A stretch of 64,000 nucleotides of DNA from an uncultured Planctomycetota bacterium (lineage in GTDB: Bacteria; Planctomycetota; Planctomycetia; Isosphaerales; Isosphaeraceae). How positions within the stretch are numbered: the stretch's first letter is position 1; each line of letters begins with the position of its first letter. The stretch spans positions 736,001-800,000 of the forward strand of contig CAWGMQ010000010.1 in assembly GCA_963823665.1 (NCBI GenBank), written 5' to 3'. This document shows positions 34,788 through 46,750 of this stretch, piece after piece. Made by a program: the position numbers and the translations under genes. The notes under the pieces were generated by a model. That model was not told the origin of the DNA. It worked only from the letters and a program-made list of their open reading frames with translations, and ran no database searches.

Positions 34788-35866
34788 ATCGAGAAGCACG
34801 GCTTGACCCGGCGCCTCGGGGGGTCACGACGCTGGACCTTTTGCTCTTCACCGCGGGATTCGCCTGCGGCTGGGTGATGCACCAGGGCTCGGCCTTGCGC
34901 GCCAGCGACTTTTATATCCTGCCGATGTCAAGTGGCGGGTTTCGCTCGCTGTTGGGTTCGGTGTGGGCCGGCTGGCTCTGGGCGGCTGTGATTGGGCTGG
35001 CGTTTTTGATTGTGGGGCGGCGGTTTCGATACGACTGCCGAGATCGCGTCGCCGAGTGGCTGGCTGTTGCACTCGCCATCGTTTTGTTCGAGTCGGTTTA
35101 CCCGGCATTTCGAACCGCACGCGCGAGCGCGATGACCGGCGAAACGGCGTGGATTGAGCCGAGCGCTGCACCCGATTCCCAGTACGCGGTCGACAACTTC
35201 CGCAATCGGGCATACTTGCCGAGAGCGGCTCCGCTCATGTACGAGCTTTGGTGGCCGCAGCCAGGCGAGAGCCTGGCGGACCTCGCGTCGACGGTGCTGC
35301 GATTGACGTTGGCGGCGGTCATCGTTGCGGTTTTCACGTGGCGCTTTCGAGCGAAATTGAGCCGGGGGTTGGCCGTCGTCCTGTTGATTGTGATAGCGGT
35401 GCTCTTCACGCTTGGACCGATGCGGCTCGCCGAGGCAACATCGACGGAAGTCAGATCGTCGGCGCCGAATCCTGCCTATCAACCTCGCGTCGGTGAGAAA
35501 CCCTGGAGCTGGCCGCGGGTGGCGGCTTATTTCGACGCGCGCGCCTGGGCGGGTTACTCGCTTCGAGCGCTCGCGCTCGTGACGGTTGCGATCCTGGCGG
35601 CGGCGAGTCTCGTGAAACGCTGGCGAGCCTGGCTGTGGACGGAGTGGGCGGCGGTTCTTTTTGCGGGGATTATCGCCGGCTGCTGGATTTTCGATGAGTT
35701 CTTCGCGCGCCCAGCGCTCGATCGAACGGTGCGGGTCACCCTGCTGGGTGCCTGGCTGCTTTTGATCGCTTCGGTAGCGGGCGGTGGCATCGGGGTTTGG
35801 ACCAGGTTGGTACGGCGTTCTCGGAACGCGGATGAAGTCGGTCAAAGTTGTCAAGCTAGTGCTTGA
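34784..35866 (+). CDS. Multi-pass membrane protein
   Basis: ATGA overlap with the upstream gene; about 8 hydrophobic segments. Confidence 0.75.
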   Translation: MNREARLDPAPRGVTTLDLLLFTAGFACGWVMHQGSALRASDFYILPMSSGGFRSLLGSVWAGWLWAAVIGLAFLIVGRRFRYDCRDRVAEWLAVALAIVLFESVYPAFRTARASAMTGETAWIEPSAAPDSQYAVDNFRNRAYLPRAAPLMYELWWPQPGESLADLASTVLRLTLAAVIVAVFTWRFRAKLSRGLAVVLLIVIAVLFTLGPMRLAEATSTEVRSSAPNPAYQPRVGEKPWSWPRVAAYFDARAWAGYSLRALALVTVAILAAASLVKRWRAWLWTEWAAVLFAGIIAGCWIFDEFFARPALDRTVRVTLLGAWLLLIASVAGGGIGVWTRLVRRSRNADEVGQSCQASA

Positions 35867-35920
35867 TCAACCTGCAATTGACGGGTTGTTGGACGCGGGT
35901 CCTCCCGACCCCGTCGCAGT

Positions 35921-35945
35921 GTCGCCCTTCGCTTCGCGAAGGGAC
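35921..35945. repeat. Short intergenic palindrome (REP-like)
   Basis: CCCTTCGC-TTC-GCGAAGGG, an 8-bp stem. Confidence 0.5.
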
Positions 35946-35971
35946 CTCCTCCGGACTTCCGGGACGCCCTG

Positions 35972-36397
35972 GTGAAACCGCCGCGGTTCACGATTGCGAG
36001 CCTGATGATTCTTGTGGCAGTCGCCGCGCTCCTGATCTACATGTTTGGGTTCGCGCCGCTATGGCTTTTCTTCGGGCTGCTTCCCGTGCTTGCTGCGATC
36101 ATGACTCGTGCGTATCGGAAACACACTCATCGCGCTACCGGCCTCAAAAAGTCAGAGCGGCTCGCGGCGCAGACTGCGGTCGGGCTGCTCGCTCTCGGAA
36201 CGCTCACGCCAGTGATCGGACTGCGGATGGCGTCGATGATTGCGCCCATGGCCACTCGTCTCGATATGGCCATGGCGTTTTCTATTGCGATCATGCTCGG
36301 GGCGCCATCGTTCCTTCTCGGCCTTTTCATCCTCTGGCGATTGCGTGCGGAGCGCTCAGTGGCAGCGGCAGCTCGATCGAATCCCGATATCGAATAG
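35972..36397 (+). CDS. Small membrane protein
   Basis: RFTIASLMILVAVAALL N-terminus; four hydrophobic stretches. Confidence 0.7.
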   Translation: MKPPRFTIASLMILVAVAALLIYMFGFAPLWLFFGLLPVLAAIMTRAYRKHTHRATGLKKSERLAAQTAVGLLALGTLTPVIGLRMASMIAPMATRLDMAMAFSIAIMLGAPSFLLGLFILWRLRAERSVAAAARSNPDIE

Positions 36398-36446
36398 GGC
36401 ATCTGTTTGGAATCAGGGTCAGGCTCGGAAAGGTCGATCCTTGTCT

Positions 36447-36730
36447 TGCTGGAGCGGGCATGATCCGAGAACCACGGCAAGACCCAGCGCCCCGCGGCGT
36501 CACGACGCTCGATTTCTTGCTGATCACCGCCGGTTTTGCCTGCGGATGGGTGATGCATCAGTGATCCGCATGACCCTTGGGTTTCTGGCGGTTGGAAACT
36601 TATATGAAGCGATGGCGGCACTGGCTCTGGACCGAATGGGCAGCGTTCGCCTCCGCGACGATCATCGCCGGCTACTGGTTTTACAACGAGTTTGTCGTCC
36701 GGCCTGCGCTCGATCGCACGGTCCGGGTAG
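36447..36730 (+). pseudogene. Internally deleted paralogue of gene 34784..35866
   Basis: DPAPRGVTTLDFLLITAGFACGWVMHQ* matches its N-terminus; KRWRHWLWTEWAA..RPALDRTVRV matches its C-terminus. Confidence 0.85.
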
Positions 36731-36951
36731 CAGCATTAGCCGCATTCGTACCTCGCAGAACCTTCCGCTCGTTGTGGCGCTCTGTCTAACTATATTCATG
36801 GCAACTTTGGCTGGACTTCTTTGCCGCAGTCTTCGTTTACCGTGACCGGCCCAGTCGCATCGTCGTTCGTTGACAATTGTAAGACCTCAAGTTAACGTTG
36901 CGTTAGTCTGCGTGCGAGGTGCTTTCATAGACTTGTTGTGAGACAACGGCG

Positions 36952-38159
36952 ATGCGATTCGATCGATTCGGGGCGGGGCAATTGATCTTGATGCTGGCCG
37001 CGGGTGGGGCGCGGGCCGGGGACGACAAGAGCGCCCGCGCGCACGGCTCGCCGAGATCGAGGCTGCCCAGGCGGATGTGCGGAAGCAATTCTCCGAGGCC
37101 ATGCAAAAGGTCGGGCAGGCCGAGCGGGCGCAGGCTGCGCTCGATCAATTCCATTCGGGGCTACAAAAAAACATGGATGCCGCGCTCGAGCTGGCGCGGG
37201 CCAACCCGGGTGATCCCGTGGCGCTCGAGGCGCTCAAGTTCGTGGTCCGGACGAACCGCGCCGGCCCCGGCGACGCCTCGGCGCGGGCCCTCAAAATGCT
37301 TCTCGACGGCAAATACGAGCGCGAATCGGATCAGCGCGGTTATCTGCCGACCGTCGGCCTCACGCTCCGCCAGTACCCCGACGCCGAGAAGCTCCTTCGT
37401 AGCATGCTCGAAAAAAATCCCAGCCGCACGAACCGTGCTCAGGCTTGCTACTGGCTCGCCAATCACCTTCACCAGCAGGCGCGCATGGTGCGCAAGCTGC
37501 GAGAGAAGCCCGAGGAGATTGCGAACTACCGTGACTACAAGGCCGCACAGCCGATCGAAGAGTTCCTGAGCACGCACGACGACACTGCTCTCGAACGAGA
37601 ATCGGAAGCGCTCTTCGAGCGTGTCATCGCCGAATTCGGTGACGAGAAGATTGAAGAAGATTCCAGACCGCTGGGCGTCATCGCCACCGGCGAGCTGTTC
37701 ACGCGGCGGAACTTGAAGTCCGGTATGGTCGCGCCTGACATCGAGGGCAAGGACCACGAGGGCAAGAGCTTCAAGTTGAGCGGCTTCCGCGGGAAGGTCG
37801 TCGTTTTGACCTTCTCCGGCAACTGGTGCGGGCCGTGCAGGGGGATGTACCCGCAGGAGCGTATGCTGGTCTCGGCACTCAAGGACAAGCCATTCGCAAT
37901 GGTCAGCGTCAACACGGATAAGGACCCGCAGACGCTGCGTGACGCAATCAAAGCGGGAGAGATTACCTGGCCGTGCTGGCACGACGGCGGCACCGACGGC
38001 CCGATCACGACCCATTGGGGCATTATCTCATTTCCGACGATCTTCGTGCTCGACCCCGACGGCGTGATCCGCCATCGAGACCTGCGCGGCGAGGAGCTGG
38101 ACCGTGCGGTCGCGACCTTGCTCGCGAATATCACTCCGAAGAATATCGGCGCGAATTGA
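36952..38159 (+). CDS. TlpA-family thiol-disulfide oxidoreductase (indel near the N-terminus)
   Basis: APDIEGKD, FRGKVVVL, WCGPC, FPTIFVLD. Confidence 0.9.
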
Positions 38160-38618
38160 GTTGCATCGGCGACCTCAGACATGTCGTCGGTTTGAGCGAT
38201 TGTCGAGTTGGGGGGAAAAGTCCCAGCCCGCTTGTTCGTGGGCCTAGACACGACGTATATCGACACAATTTCTTCATACTTGCAATGATGGCGACTATTG
38301 TGGTATGAATTGGCGCATCAGGCCGTGGTTTGTCGCCATCGAATGATAATCTTTCCTGGTGATCGGCTATCCTGAAGACTTGTTCGACGGAGAAGGCGCT
38401 GCTCTCCCCCATCGCCCTCGAGCTCCTCCCACCGGTCGAATGAGTCGAACGCACGAGCGGCGATTGTCCAGAATCCGCACGGAACCTCCTCTCCGCGTCG
38501 CTGGTTGATTGCGCAGCTTTCGTTTGATCGGCTATCGACTTGTTGCTGGCTTGAAAGTCGGAACAAGGTTTTATGATTTTCTTCCGTTCTTCATCTCTTT
38601 CGCGGTGAGGGGGCTTCG

Positions 38619-39785
38619 TTGATGCGAGTCAATCGTTCTTTCCGCTCTGACGCTCGTTCGGCGTTTACGCTGATCGAGCTTCTAGTCGTGATCGCGATCA
38701 TCGCGGTGTTGATCGCTCTGTTATTGCCGGCCGTTCAGTCGGCCCGCCAGGCGGCTCAGCGCATCCAGTGCACGAATAACATGAAGCAACTGGCTCTCGC
38801 GTGCATGAACTACGAGAGCACGAACCAGTGTTTCCCGATGCAGTCGTCGAATCCGGCCGCGAACACTCAGACCGACCTGACCGTGGGCTGGATGCCGCCG
38901 TTGCTTCAATACACGGAAGCGAATCAGTTTTTTAATGCCATGAACTTCAATGTCGACGTGATGGGGACCGGGTTCGGCGGTTTTGCCAACTCGACGGCGA
39001 CGTGCGCGAACCTTGCGGTCCTGATGTGTCCGTCGGAGAGCCAGTGGACCCCGTTGCGGGTTTGGGACAACGGGATCTATTACGGTATGACGAGTTACAT
39101 GGGCAACTACGGCGGCCCTGGCCCGATCGCGCTCATGAGCGGGACGATCATTCCCGCCAATAACTTCCTCATCGGGTCTGCAACGAACAACACGACGGGT
39201 GGTGCGGGGATCGCCCTGTATGCGCCGCCGGCGTGGGGGCCGGTGAAGTTTGCCTCGGTCAGCGACGGCTTGTCGAACACGGGTCTGATCAGCGAGCGAT
39301 TGCTCGGAATGGCCACGACTCCGGCCAACATCAATTCCGCCGGCGGCAGTGTGAACCGCTGCGCGGTCCACAGCTACACCTCAGGCACCGGTGCGGGCAC
39401 GGGGAGTGCGGGTGCATTGGCCATGTATCAGGCGTGCTCCGCCTTACCTGGGACCACGGTCCTCCGATTCTGCGGTGGCAACGGGCAGATGTGGGCCGCG
39501 ACCTTCCCGGATTGGTTGGTCATCAGCTCGTACAACCACTTCGGCACGCCCAACCAGATCCCGTGCACCAATAGCTCAGACCCGACCGACGGCAACTCGA
39601 TCTGGGCCGGCTACTACGTCACCGCGCTGGGGAGTGCCCCACCGAGCTCTTTTCACCCCGGCGGCGTGAACGTGGCCTTCGGCGACGGCTCGGTCCACTT
39701 CATCAAGAACTCTGTCAACCCGCAGACGTGGTGGGGCCTTGGTAGCCGCAACGGTGCTGAGGTCCTCAGCGCCGACGCCTACTGA
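38619..39785 (+). CDS. DUF1559 protein with prepilin N-methylation motif
   Basis: [60 protein letters not shown]. Confidence 0.95.
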   Translation: MMRVNRSFRSDARSAFTLIELLVVIAIIAVLIALLLPAVQSARQAAQRIQCTNNMKQLALACMNYESTNQCFPMQSSNPAANTQTDLTVGWMPPLLQYTEANQFFNAMNFNVDVMGTGFGGFANSTATCANLAVLMCPSESQWTPLRVWDNGIYYGMTSYMGNYGGPGPIALMSGTIIPANNFLIGSATNNTTGGAGIALYAPPAWGPVKFASVSDGLSNTGLISERLLGMATTPANINSAGGSVNRCAVHSYTSGTGAGTGSAGALAMYQACSALPGTTVLRFCGGNGQMWAATFPDWLVISSYNHFGTPNQIPCTNSSDPTDGNSIWAGYYVTALGSAPPSSFHPGGVNVAFGDGSVHFIKNSVNPQTWWGLGSRNGAEVLSADAY

Positions 39786-39855
39786 GATCCGATCAATTGG
39801 TGCGTCCGTTGACTGGCTGATGGGCCCAAATCGATAATGGCCCATCCCTGACGGC

Positions 39856-39884
39856 CCGGAGGGTGGGTTGAGCGCACCCTCCGG
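39856..39884. terminator. Intergenic hairpin after the DUF1559 gene
   Basis: CCGGAGGGTG / CACCCTCCGG, a 10-bp stem with no U-tract. Confidence 0.4.
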
Positions 39885-39989
39885 CCTCAAGTTGTGGTCG
39901 ATCGTGCTCGCCCGCGCCCGATGGTCTTACCGAGTTCGATCCAATAGCCTCTCTGTGTTTTTCTCCTCGCAACCAAGTAAGGGATTCCA

Positions 39990-40220
39990 ATGAAGCGATT
40001 TGCTCTTCTCTTCGCCTCGTTCGCGCTCGCGCTTTCGATCTCCGGCTGTGGTGGGTCTGGCTCAGCGGGCGCCCGTGTTGAAGACTTGCCGGACGAGGTG
40101 AAGGAGTACGAAGCCAGACGAGAGGCCGAACGCGGCAGCGGCAAGACGCCTTCTGCCAAGACCGTCAGTCCCGCGAAGAACAAAGGCGCCGCCGCTCAAG
40201 GTGAGCCTGGGGCAAAATGA
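39990..40220 (+). CDS. Small lipoprotein-like partner of DUF1559
   Basis: MKRF + hydrophobic stretch + ISGC lipobox-like motif. Confidence 0.75.
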   Translation: MKRFALLFASFALALSISGCGGSGSAGARVEDLPDEVKEYEARREAERGSGKTPSAKTVSPAKNKGAAAQGEPGAK

Positions 40221-40348
40221 CGACTGAGCCATCACGCCTTGCGGGATCCGGGAGCGGCCGGCGCCGGCGGTTTGGTTCGCTATCTGAGAAAGTTGCATCC
40301 GTGAAATCGTGGTCGCGAGCGAAAAGCTGTTTTCTGCGGGGGGCATCG

Positions 40349-41341
40349 ATGAGATACGGACTGGCGTTGCTGGTGGTCATTGGTACGGCGGCCGCGGCCG
40401 ATGAACCGCGCCCCAAGGTCGGCGAAAAGTTGGCGCGTTCCGGCGACGAAATCGTCGTCTGCGGACAGCTCTACCACACGACCGCGCGCGTTGTCCTCTG
40501 GACCGATCCCGGCGGATTCGACGCCTATCGCGTGGAACGGCGATTTGCTCCGTTGGCCGTGTCGGGGTGGAGCAAGGATGCCGTGCCGGGCCTGAACAAC
40601 CCCAATCGTTACGGTATGCGGCGTCGCAATTTGACCGCGGTCGAGATCGAGCGCGTGCGCGGTGGGGGCTGGGACCTGCCGCTCTTGCAGAAGGTCGTGG
40701 ACCAGTTCGTTATCCACTACGACGTTTGCGGCACCAGCCGCCGGTGTTTCGAGGTGCTCCATGACATGCGCGGCTTGAGCGTCCATTTCATGCTTGACCT
40801 GGACGGCACGATCTACCAGACCCTTGACCTCAAGGAATCGGCCTGGCACGCCACGATCGCCAATGGCCGCTCGATCGGCATCGAGATCGCCAATATGGGC
40901 GCATACCCGCCCAACGAGACGGCAACTCTGTCAGAATGGTATCGGCCGGATGCCGATGGCAAGATCCGGATCATCGACCCCAAAACCGGGCGATCGCCGG
41001 CCGTCGGCGATTCCTCGATCGAGCTTCGGCCGAGCCGAGCCGAGCCGGTCGTCGGCAAGATTCAAGGACAGGAACTCCGCCAGTACGATTTGACCCCCCA
41101 GCAGTACGACTCGCTCGCCCGGCTCGCGGCCACGCTTTGCACGGTTTTTCCCAAGATCAAGTGCGACTATCCCCATGACGCTAGTGGCGCCGTCATTACT
41201 CAGAAGCTCCCAGACGTCGACCTGGCGTCCTACCAGGGAATTCTCGGCCACTATCACGTCCAGACCAACAAGGTCGATCCCGGCCCGGCTTTTCAGTGGC
41301 AGCGGTTCATCGAAACGACCCGGGATCTGATGAAGAAGTAA
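40349..41341 (+). CDS. N-acetylmuramoyl-L-alanine amidase (Amidase_2)
   Basis: VIHYD, SVHFMLDLDGTIYQ, AWHA, SIGIEIAN, GHYHV..KVDPG; signal peptide. Confidence 0.9.
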   Translation: MRYGLALLVVIGTAAAADEPRPKVGEKLARSGDEIVVCGQLYHTTARVVLWTDPGGFDAYRVERRFAPLAVSGWSKDAVPGLNNPNRYGMRRRNLTAVEIERVRGGGWDLPLLQKVVDQFVIHYDVCGTSRRCFEVLHDMRGLSVHFMLDLDGTIYQTLDLKESAWHATIANGRSIGIEIANMGAYPPNETATLSEWYRPDADGKIRIIDPKTGRSPAVGDSSIELRPSRAEPVVGKIQGQELRQYDLTPQQYDSLARLAATLCTVFPKIKCDYPHDASGAVITQKLPDVDLASYQGILGHYHVQTNKVDPGPAFQWQRFIETTRDLMKK

Positions 41342-41379
41342 TTGATAAAAGGCATCAGGAACCATTCGGCCTGCGCCAT

Positions 41380-41604
41380 CTAGCGCACGGCTTCCGCGAC
41401 CGGCGGCGCCGCGCTCGAACCCGCGGCCCGGGCGGGCTTACCTGCCATGAAGCGGTTGCAGCCGCCGTTTCCCGAAATGCGAAGGCGAAAGGGCTGGAGC
41501 TCTTCATCGATGCAAAGCCCCATCGTCAAGTTCTCGATGGCCGCTTTGGGCTCGATCTGCCACCACTTGCAATCGCGGCAAAGGCCCCATTCTTCGTTTG
41601 CCAT
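41380..41604 (-). CDS. Small Cys-rich protein (CxxC...C...C)
   Basis: MANEEWGLCRDCKWW..GLC..GCNRF; RBS AGGAG upstream. Confidence 0.75.
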   Translation of the reverse strand: MANEEWGLCRDCKWWQIEPKAAIENLTMGLCIDEELQPFRLRISGNGGCNRFMAGKPARAAGSSAAPPVAEAVR

Positions 41605-42094
41605 GGCTCTACTCCTGGCATTGAAGGTTCGATAGTTAGCTATCGATGACTCTCCCGCAAACCCCGTACCGCTGCGCTTCAGCGTGCCGATAAAAGGGTC
41701 AGGAGCCATTCTCTGACACCTTTGGCCCAAGACCGAACACGTGCTCAGCGTTTGTTCGGAAGACTTCCTCGCGATGCTCTTTGGGAATGATGGTCTCGAT
41801 GAGCCGGCCGTAGGAGGCCATGGGAGCAAGCGGCCAATCGCTCCCATAATGGAAAATCACGGGCAGATGATACTTCTTCGCGAGTCGGTAGTATGGAACG
41901 TAGTTCGGGTGGTCGGGTCCGAAGTACCTGCGAGTTTCAAGAGCGCCCGCCGGGTGAAGCCGCTGTTTGCTGATGCTCTGTCAAGCAAGTCCCGCTCCCA
42001 ATCAGGTTGTGAGCTCGTGGCCAGCCAGGCCGGCGTTTTCGATAGCCCGGTAGTCGGATTGTACAGAAAAACCGGGGAGTGGTGGTCGGTCGCG

Positions 42095-42203
42095 GCTGCG
42101 GCAGCCGCTCGAAGAGGGCGAAGTGATGATCAGCCGGGCGCTGCGGAGCATGACGTTTCCGGCCGAATTCATCCTGGTGGCGGCGATGAACCCGTGCCCG
42201 TGC
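42095..42203 (+). pseudogene. comM: 109-bp internal comM fragment (6 mismatches versus 50229-50337)
   Basis: Encodes [36 protein letters not shown]. Confidence 0.92.
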
Positions 42204-42354
42204 AGGTGAGCGTTAGCATTCGAACCACGAGTTCAATGTCACAACCGCGCGAGAAACGGACATCTTCCTTGAAGTGAATGTTGATCGTTTGGCCTTGGCA
42301 CCCCGGTGCAAGGACGGAGCACTCGAAAGACGTCGACGCAGGAGCCTCATCAAA

Positions 42355-45300
42355 ATGAGTGAGCAACCGAGCGAGAACCTCGGCGGGCTCGACGTCGAGC
42401 TGGCCCGCCGGGTCGACGCCGTCTGTCGCCGGTTCGAGGCCGAATGGCGGGCTGGGCGGCGAGCGCGTGTCGACGACTATCTTGGTGACGTTCCCGCGGA
42501 GGGCCGCGCCTCGCTGCGGGCCGAACTCGAGGCCCTGGATCGCGAACTGTGCCAGGTGGGTGAATCGGTGGCGCGTGTGCCAGAGGCTCCACAGGCGACT
42601 CCTCCTGAGCTCCAGGTGACTGCGCCCGCCGCAGCGGCCGACTTGCCGACGATCGCGCCGCCGCTGCCGAGTGGGGCGATCCCACGCGCCGCGGCGTCTT
42701 CGGTGCATGAGGAGGCCACCCTGGTTCCACGGCGTGACGCGACCATCGGGCTGGCACAATTCGAGGCGGCGAGGGCCGGGCGGCGCCCAACTACGGCCGT
42801 CCGCTACTTCGGCGACTACGAGATCATCCGCGAGCTCGCCCGCGGCGGCATGGGGGTCGTCTATCACGCCCGCCAAAAGAGCCTCAATCGCCCGGTTGCC
42901 TTGAAGATGATTCTCGCAGGCCAGCTCGCCGACGAGACAGAGGTCCGGCGGTTCTACATGGAGGCCGAGGCGGCGGCGAGCCTCAATCATCCAGGGATCG
43001 TGCCGATCTACGAAGTCGGCGCGCACGAGGGTCAGCATTATTTCTCGATGGGATTTGTCGAGGGGCAGAGCCTGGGGCAAAAGGTGGCCGCCGGTCCTCT
43101 GCCGCCGCGCGAAGCCGCTCTATTGATGCGGCAGGTTGCCGCGGCCGTGCAGTACGCGCACGAGCAAGGAGTGATCCACCGCGATTTGAAGCCGGCCAAT
43201 GTCTTGCTCGACTCGAAGGGTCAGCCCAAGGTCACCGACTTTGGGCTGGCCAAGAAGCTGGCGGGCGACAGCGGGCTCACCGCCAGCGGCCAGATCATGG
43301 GCACACCCAGCTACATGCCACCCGAGCAAGCCGCCGGCCTGCACGAAAAGGTGGGACCGCTCGCCGACGTGTATGCGCTCGGGGCCATGCTCTATTGTCT
43401 GCTGACCGGCCGGCCCCCCTTTCAGTCGGCCGGCGCGATGGACACGCTTTTGCAGGTGCTCAATCAAGAGCCGGTGCCACCCCGGCTGCTCAATGCAGGT
43501 ATACCGCGCGACCTCGAGACGATCTGCCTGAAAGCCCTGGAGAAGGAAGCTGCCAGGCGGTACGCCTCGGCGTCGGCGCTGGAAGAAGACGTGCGGTGCT
43601 ATCTGGCAGGCGAGCCGATTGCGGCGCGACCGGTCGGCGGCGCAGAGCGCGCCTGGCGATGGTGCCGCCGGAACCCCTGGCTGGCCAGCGCGATCGGCGC
43701 CGCGGCTTCCCTGCTGCTCGCCGTCACTCTGGTTTCGCTGAGTTACGCACAGGACCAGTCCCGACACGCCCGCCAGATCTCCGGCTTGAACACAGATCTG
43801 AAGAAGGAAACTCTCGTCGCCAACGCCGCCGCCCGGCGCGCGAGCGACGCACTGGCCCAGGTCAGCCTGAAACTGGCCGTGATCGATTTCGAGCGCGCTT
43901 CGACTGCATTCCAGCACGACGACACCACCGCCGGGTTGCTCTGGCTGGCCGAGAGCTACCGCGCAGCGGCCGTGGCCAACGATCCCGACTGGCGACGTCT
44001 TACCCGGATGAACCTCGCGTCTTGGAGCCACGGTCATCCCAGCCTCCAAGCCGTGTTCAACGGCCGGAGCATCGACAGTGTCGACGGAAAAACAGTGGTG
44101 CTAGAGCGGAGCGACTCGGGGATGCGGCTGCGCAACGCCCGCACCGGTCAGCTCATTAGCGGCTCGCTCGACGAGAACGATGCCGCCTGGCCCGCGGCCT
44201 CGAGCGCCGACGGCAGCGTCATCCTGTTGGTTGGTCGCGACAACGCGATGCGTCTGTGGGATGTCGCCGCCGCCAAATTCATCGGCCGGCCGATGGCGCA
44301 TCAGCAGCCGATCGCACGCGCGGTGTTCAGCCGCGACGGCAAGGTCATCCTTTCCGGAAGCTGGGACAAGACGGCACGGATGTGGGAGGCGGCCACGGGG
44401 CGGTCGATCGGCGAATCGATGGCGCATCCGGACCAAGTCAGGGCCGTGGCCCTCAGTCCTGACGGCGCGACTGTGCTCACTGGTTGCCAGACCCCCGTGC
44501 GCGGCCGTGGCGCGGGGAACGGGGGCGGCCCCGAGCAGGAATGCACGGTGCGGCTCTGGAGTGCCCAGAGCGGAAAGCCGATCGGCCGGCCGATGCAGCA
44601 TGGAAGAATCGTCACTTGCGTCGCATTCAGTCCCGATGGCAAGTTCGCCTTGACGGGCAGCGCGGACGGCGCGGCACGCCTCTGGGACAGTGCAACCGCC
44701 GGGCCGGTCGGCCAACCCTTGCCCCAAAACGGCTTCGTCGGATCCGTCGCCTTCAGCCCCGACGGAAAACGGATCCTGACCGGCGGTCTCGACAATACCG
44801 CCAAGCTCTGGGATGCCGCCACCTGCAAGCCCATCGGCGGGCCCATGCCGCATTCTGGGGGTGTCTTGACCGTGGCGTTCAGCCCCGACGGCAAGCTTAT
44901 CTTGACCGGAAGCAGCGACCAGACGGCTCGGCTCTGGGACGCCGCGACCGCCCGGCTCATCGCGACGCTGGCCAATCCGGCTGGTGTCGGTCGCGTTTCC
45001 TTCAGCCCCGATGGCCATGCACTATTAACCGAGTCCACCGACAGCCGAGTCTGGAACATCGCGCGGACTGAGCCTGAAATCCCTCCGTTCCCCCAGGGTC
45101 TTGATCATTTCCGCCGACCGATTTGTCAGGCGTACAGCCCCAACGGCAAGACCATTCTGGCTGCTCAGGGCAACTCGGCGGTGCTCTGGGACGTGGCGAC
45201 TGGGGGCGCGCTCGTCCCGCCGAAGTCACATCAAGGCCAGGTGAACGCGGTTGCGTTCAGCCCCGACGGCCAGACTCTCCTCACCGGCGGCTCGGATGCG

Positions 45301-46461
45301 ACCGCGCGGCTTTGGAATGCCGGCACGGGCAAGCTAATCGGGGCGCCACTCGTCCATCCGGGGGTCGTCACGGACGTGGCTTTTGGGCCCGACGGCCAGA
45401 CGCTGCTGACCCTGTGCCTCGTCAAGCCGGAGGTCAGGGAGTCGCGAATGATTACCGCGTCGGTACGGCTATGGGACGCCCACTCGGGCCAACCCATCGG
45501 CTCTGCCCTCGACCGGGAACAGGGATTTCCGGCCTCGCCCACGCCGAACATCCTCCGTGTCGATGGTCGTCTACCTTCCAGTGCGCTGGTCTACAGTCCC
45601 GACGGCAAGACCTTCTTGATCCATGACCAGGCCAATGCCGTCCGGCTCAGGGACGCCCACACCGGCACGTTGATCGGCCAGCCGCTCGAGCACAGGTCGT
45701 TCATCATGGCGGTCGCTTTTTCACCGGATGGCCGGACGGTGCTGACCGGCAGTCTCGATCAGACCGCCCGGCTATGGGACGCCGCCACCGGTAAACCCAT
45801 CGGCGAGCCCATCCCATCGGGCGTGACGATGGCGGTGGCCTTCTCGCCAGAGGGCACACGCGTGCTGACTCTGGGACGTCACGGCCCGGCCCGATTGTGG
45901 GATGCCGCCACCGGAAAACCGATCGGCAAGCCGCTCGAACACAAAGCCGCAGTCCTGGATGCGGCATTCAGCCCGGATGGCAAGATCGTGCTCACCGGCA
46001 GCGCCGATCGGACCGCGCGGTTGTGGAACGCCGCCACGACCGAACCTCTGAGCCCGCCCCTGGCACATCCGGACCGAGTGACGGCCGTGGCGATGAGCCC
46101 GGACGGATCCCTCGCGCTGACCGTCAGCGCTGATGCAGTCGCTCGATTGTGGGAGGTTCGCACGATCATGCCGCTGGGACGTCCATTCCGGCATCAGGCT
46201 GCAATCGTCCATGTCGCATTCAGCCCAGACAGCAAATCCATCCTGATTCACGACGATCAGAACAGGTCCTCTCGGCTGTGGCGGCTCACGCCTGACTTGC
46301 CGGACGATCCGCCGCGCATCACCGGCTGGGTCGAGACCTTAACCGGCGCGGAGCTGGACAAGCAGGGCTCGGTGCAATCGCTGGGCGCGGCTGCGTTCAA
46401 AGAGCGGAGCGAAAGTCTGAACAGTCTGGGCGGACCACTCGGGTTGGAGACCAGACAATGA
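42355..46461 (+). CDS. Ser/Thr protein kinase with WD40 repeats
   Basis: [37 protein letters not shown]; more than 10 VAFSPDG..TGS.D.TARLWD repeats. Confidence 0.95.
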   Translation: MSEQPSENLGGLDVELARRVDAVCRRFEAEWRAGRRARVDDYLGDVPAEGRASLRAELEALDRELCQVGESVARVPEAPQATPPELQVTAPAAAADLPTIAPPLPSGAIPRAAASSVHEEATLVPRRDATIGLAQFEAARAGRRPTTAVRYFGDYEIIRELARGGMGVVYHARQKSLNRPVALKMILAGQLADETEVRRFYMEAEAAASLNHPGIVPIYEVGAHEGQHYFSMGFVEGQSLGQKVAAGPLPPREAALLMRQVAAAVQYAHEQGVIHRDLKPANVLLDSKGQPKVTDFGLAKKLAGDSGLTASGQIMGTPSYMPPEQAAGLHEKVGPLADVYALGAMLYCLLTGRPPFQSAGAMDTLLQVLNQEPVPPRLLNAGIPRDLETICLKALEKEAARRYASASALEEDVRCYLAGEPIAARPVGGAERAWRWCRRNPWLASAIGAAASLLLAVTLVSLSYAQDQSRHARQISGLNTDLKKETLVANAAARRASDALAQVSLKLAVIDFERASTAFQHDDTTAGLLWLAESYRAAAVANDPDWRRLTRMNLASWSHGHPSLQAVFNGRSIDSVDGKTVVLERSDSGMRLRNARTGQLISGSLDENDAAWPAASSADGSVILLVGRDNAMRLWDVAAAKFIGRPMAHQQPIARAVFSRDGKVILSGSWDKTARMWEAATGRSIGESMAHPDQVRAVALSPDGATVLTGCQTPVRGRGAGNGGGPEQECTVRLWSAQSGKPIGRPMQHGRIVTCVAFSPDGKFALTGSADGAARLWDSATAGPVGQPLPQNGFVGSVAFSPDGKRILTGGLDNTAKLWDAATCKPIGGPMPHSGGVLTVAFSPDGKLILTGSSDQTARLWDAATARLIATLANPAGVGRVSFSPDGHALLTESTDSRVWNIARTEPEIPPFPQGLDHFRRPICQAYSPNGKTILAAQGNSAVLWDVATGGALVPPKSHQGQVNAVAFSPDGQTLLTGGSDATARLWNAGTGKLIGAPLVHPGVVTDVAFGPDGQTLLTLCLVKPEVRESRMITASVRLWDAHSGQPIGSALDREQGFPASPTPNILRVDGRLPSSALVYSPDGKTFLIHDQANAVRLRDAHTGTLIGQPLEHRSFIMAVAFSPDGRTVLTGSLDQTARLWDAATGKPIGEPIPSGVTMAVAFSPEGTRVLTLGRHGPARLWDAATGKPIGKPLEHKAAVLDAAFSPDGKIVLTGSADRTARLWNAATTEPLSPPLAHPDRVTAVAMSPDGSLALTVSADAVARLWEVRTIMPLGRPFRHQAAIVHVAFSPDSKSILIHDDQNRSSRLWRLTPDLPDDPPRITGWVETLTGAELDKQGSVQSLGAAAFKERSESLNSLGGPLGLETRQ

Positions 46462-46641
46462 GGCTTGGGGACCCCGACGGCCGCAAGTTGATTCGGCGCC
46501 TCGAGTGGAGTGACTCCTCGCCGACCCGCGGCTCGTTCAGCCCCGACGGCCGCCGCGCCGCCTGGTGCAGCTCCGGGGGCGAGGTGCGGGTCTATCAGCT
46601 CCCGGCTCGCGGGAAATGACGATCGAAAAGCCGCGACCTGC

Positions 46642-46750
46642 TCAGCGCACCGGCTCGGCGACCGGCGGTGCTTCGCTCGATCCCGCGGCCTGGCGGGCTT
46701 GCCGGCCATGAAGTGGTTGCAGCCGCTGTTGCCCGAAACTCGCAGGCGAA
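46642..46750 (-). pseudogene. 3' fragment of a paralogue of the small Cys-rich gene 41380..41604
   Basis: RVSGNSGCNHFMAGKPAR/AAGSSEAPPVAEPVR* versus RISGNGGCNRFMAGKPARAAGSSAAPPVAEAVR*. Confidence 0.9.
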
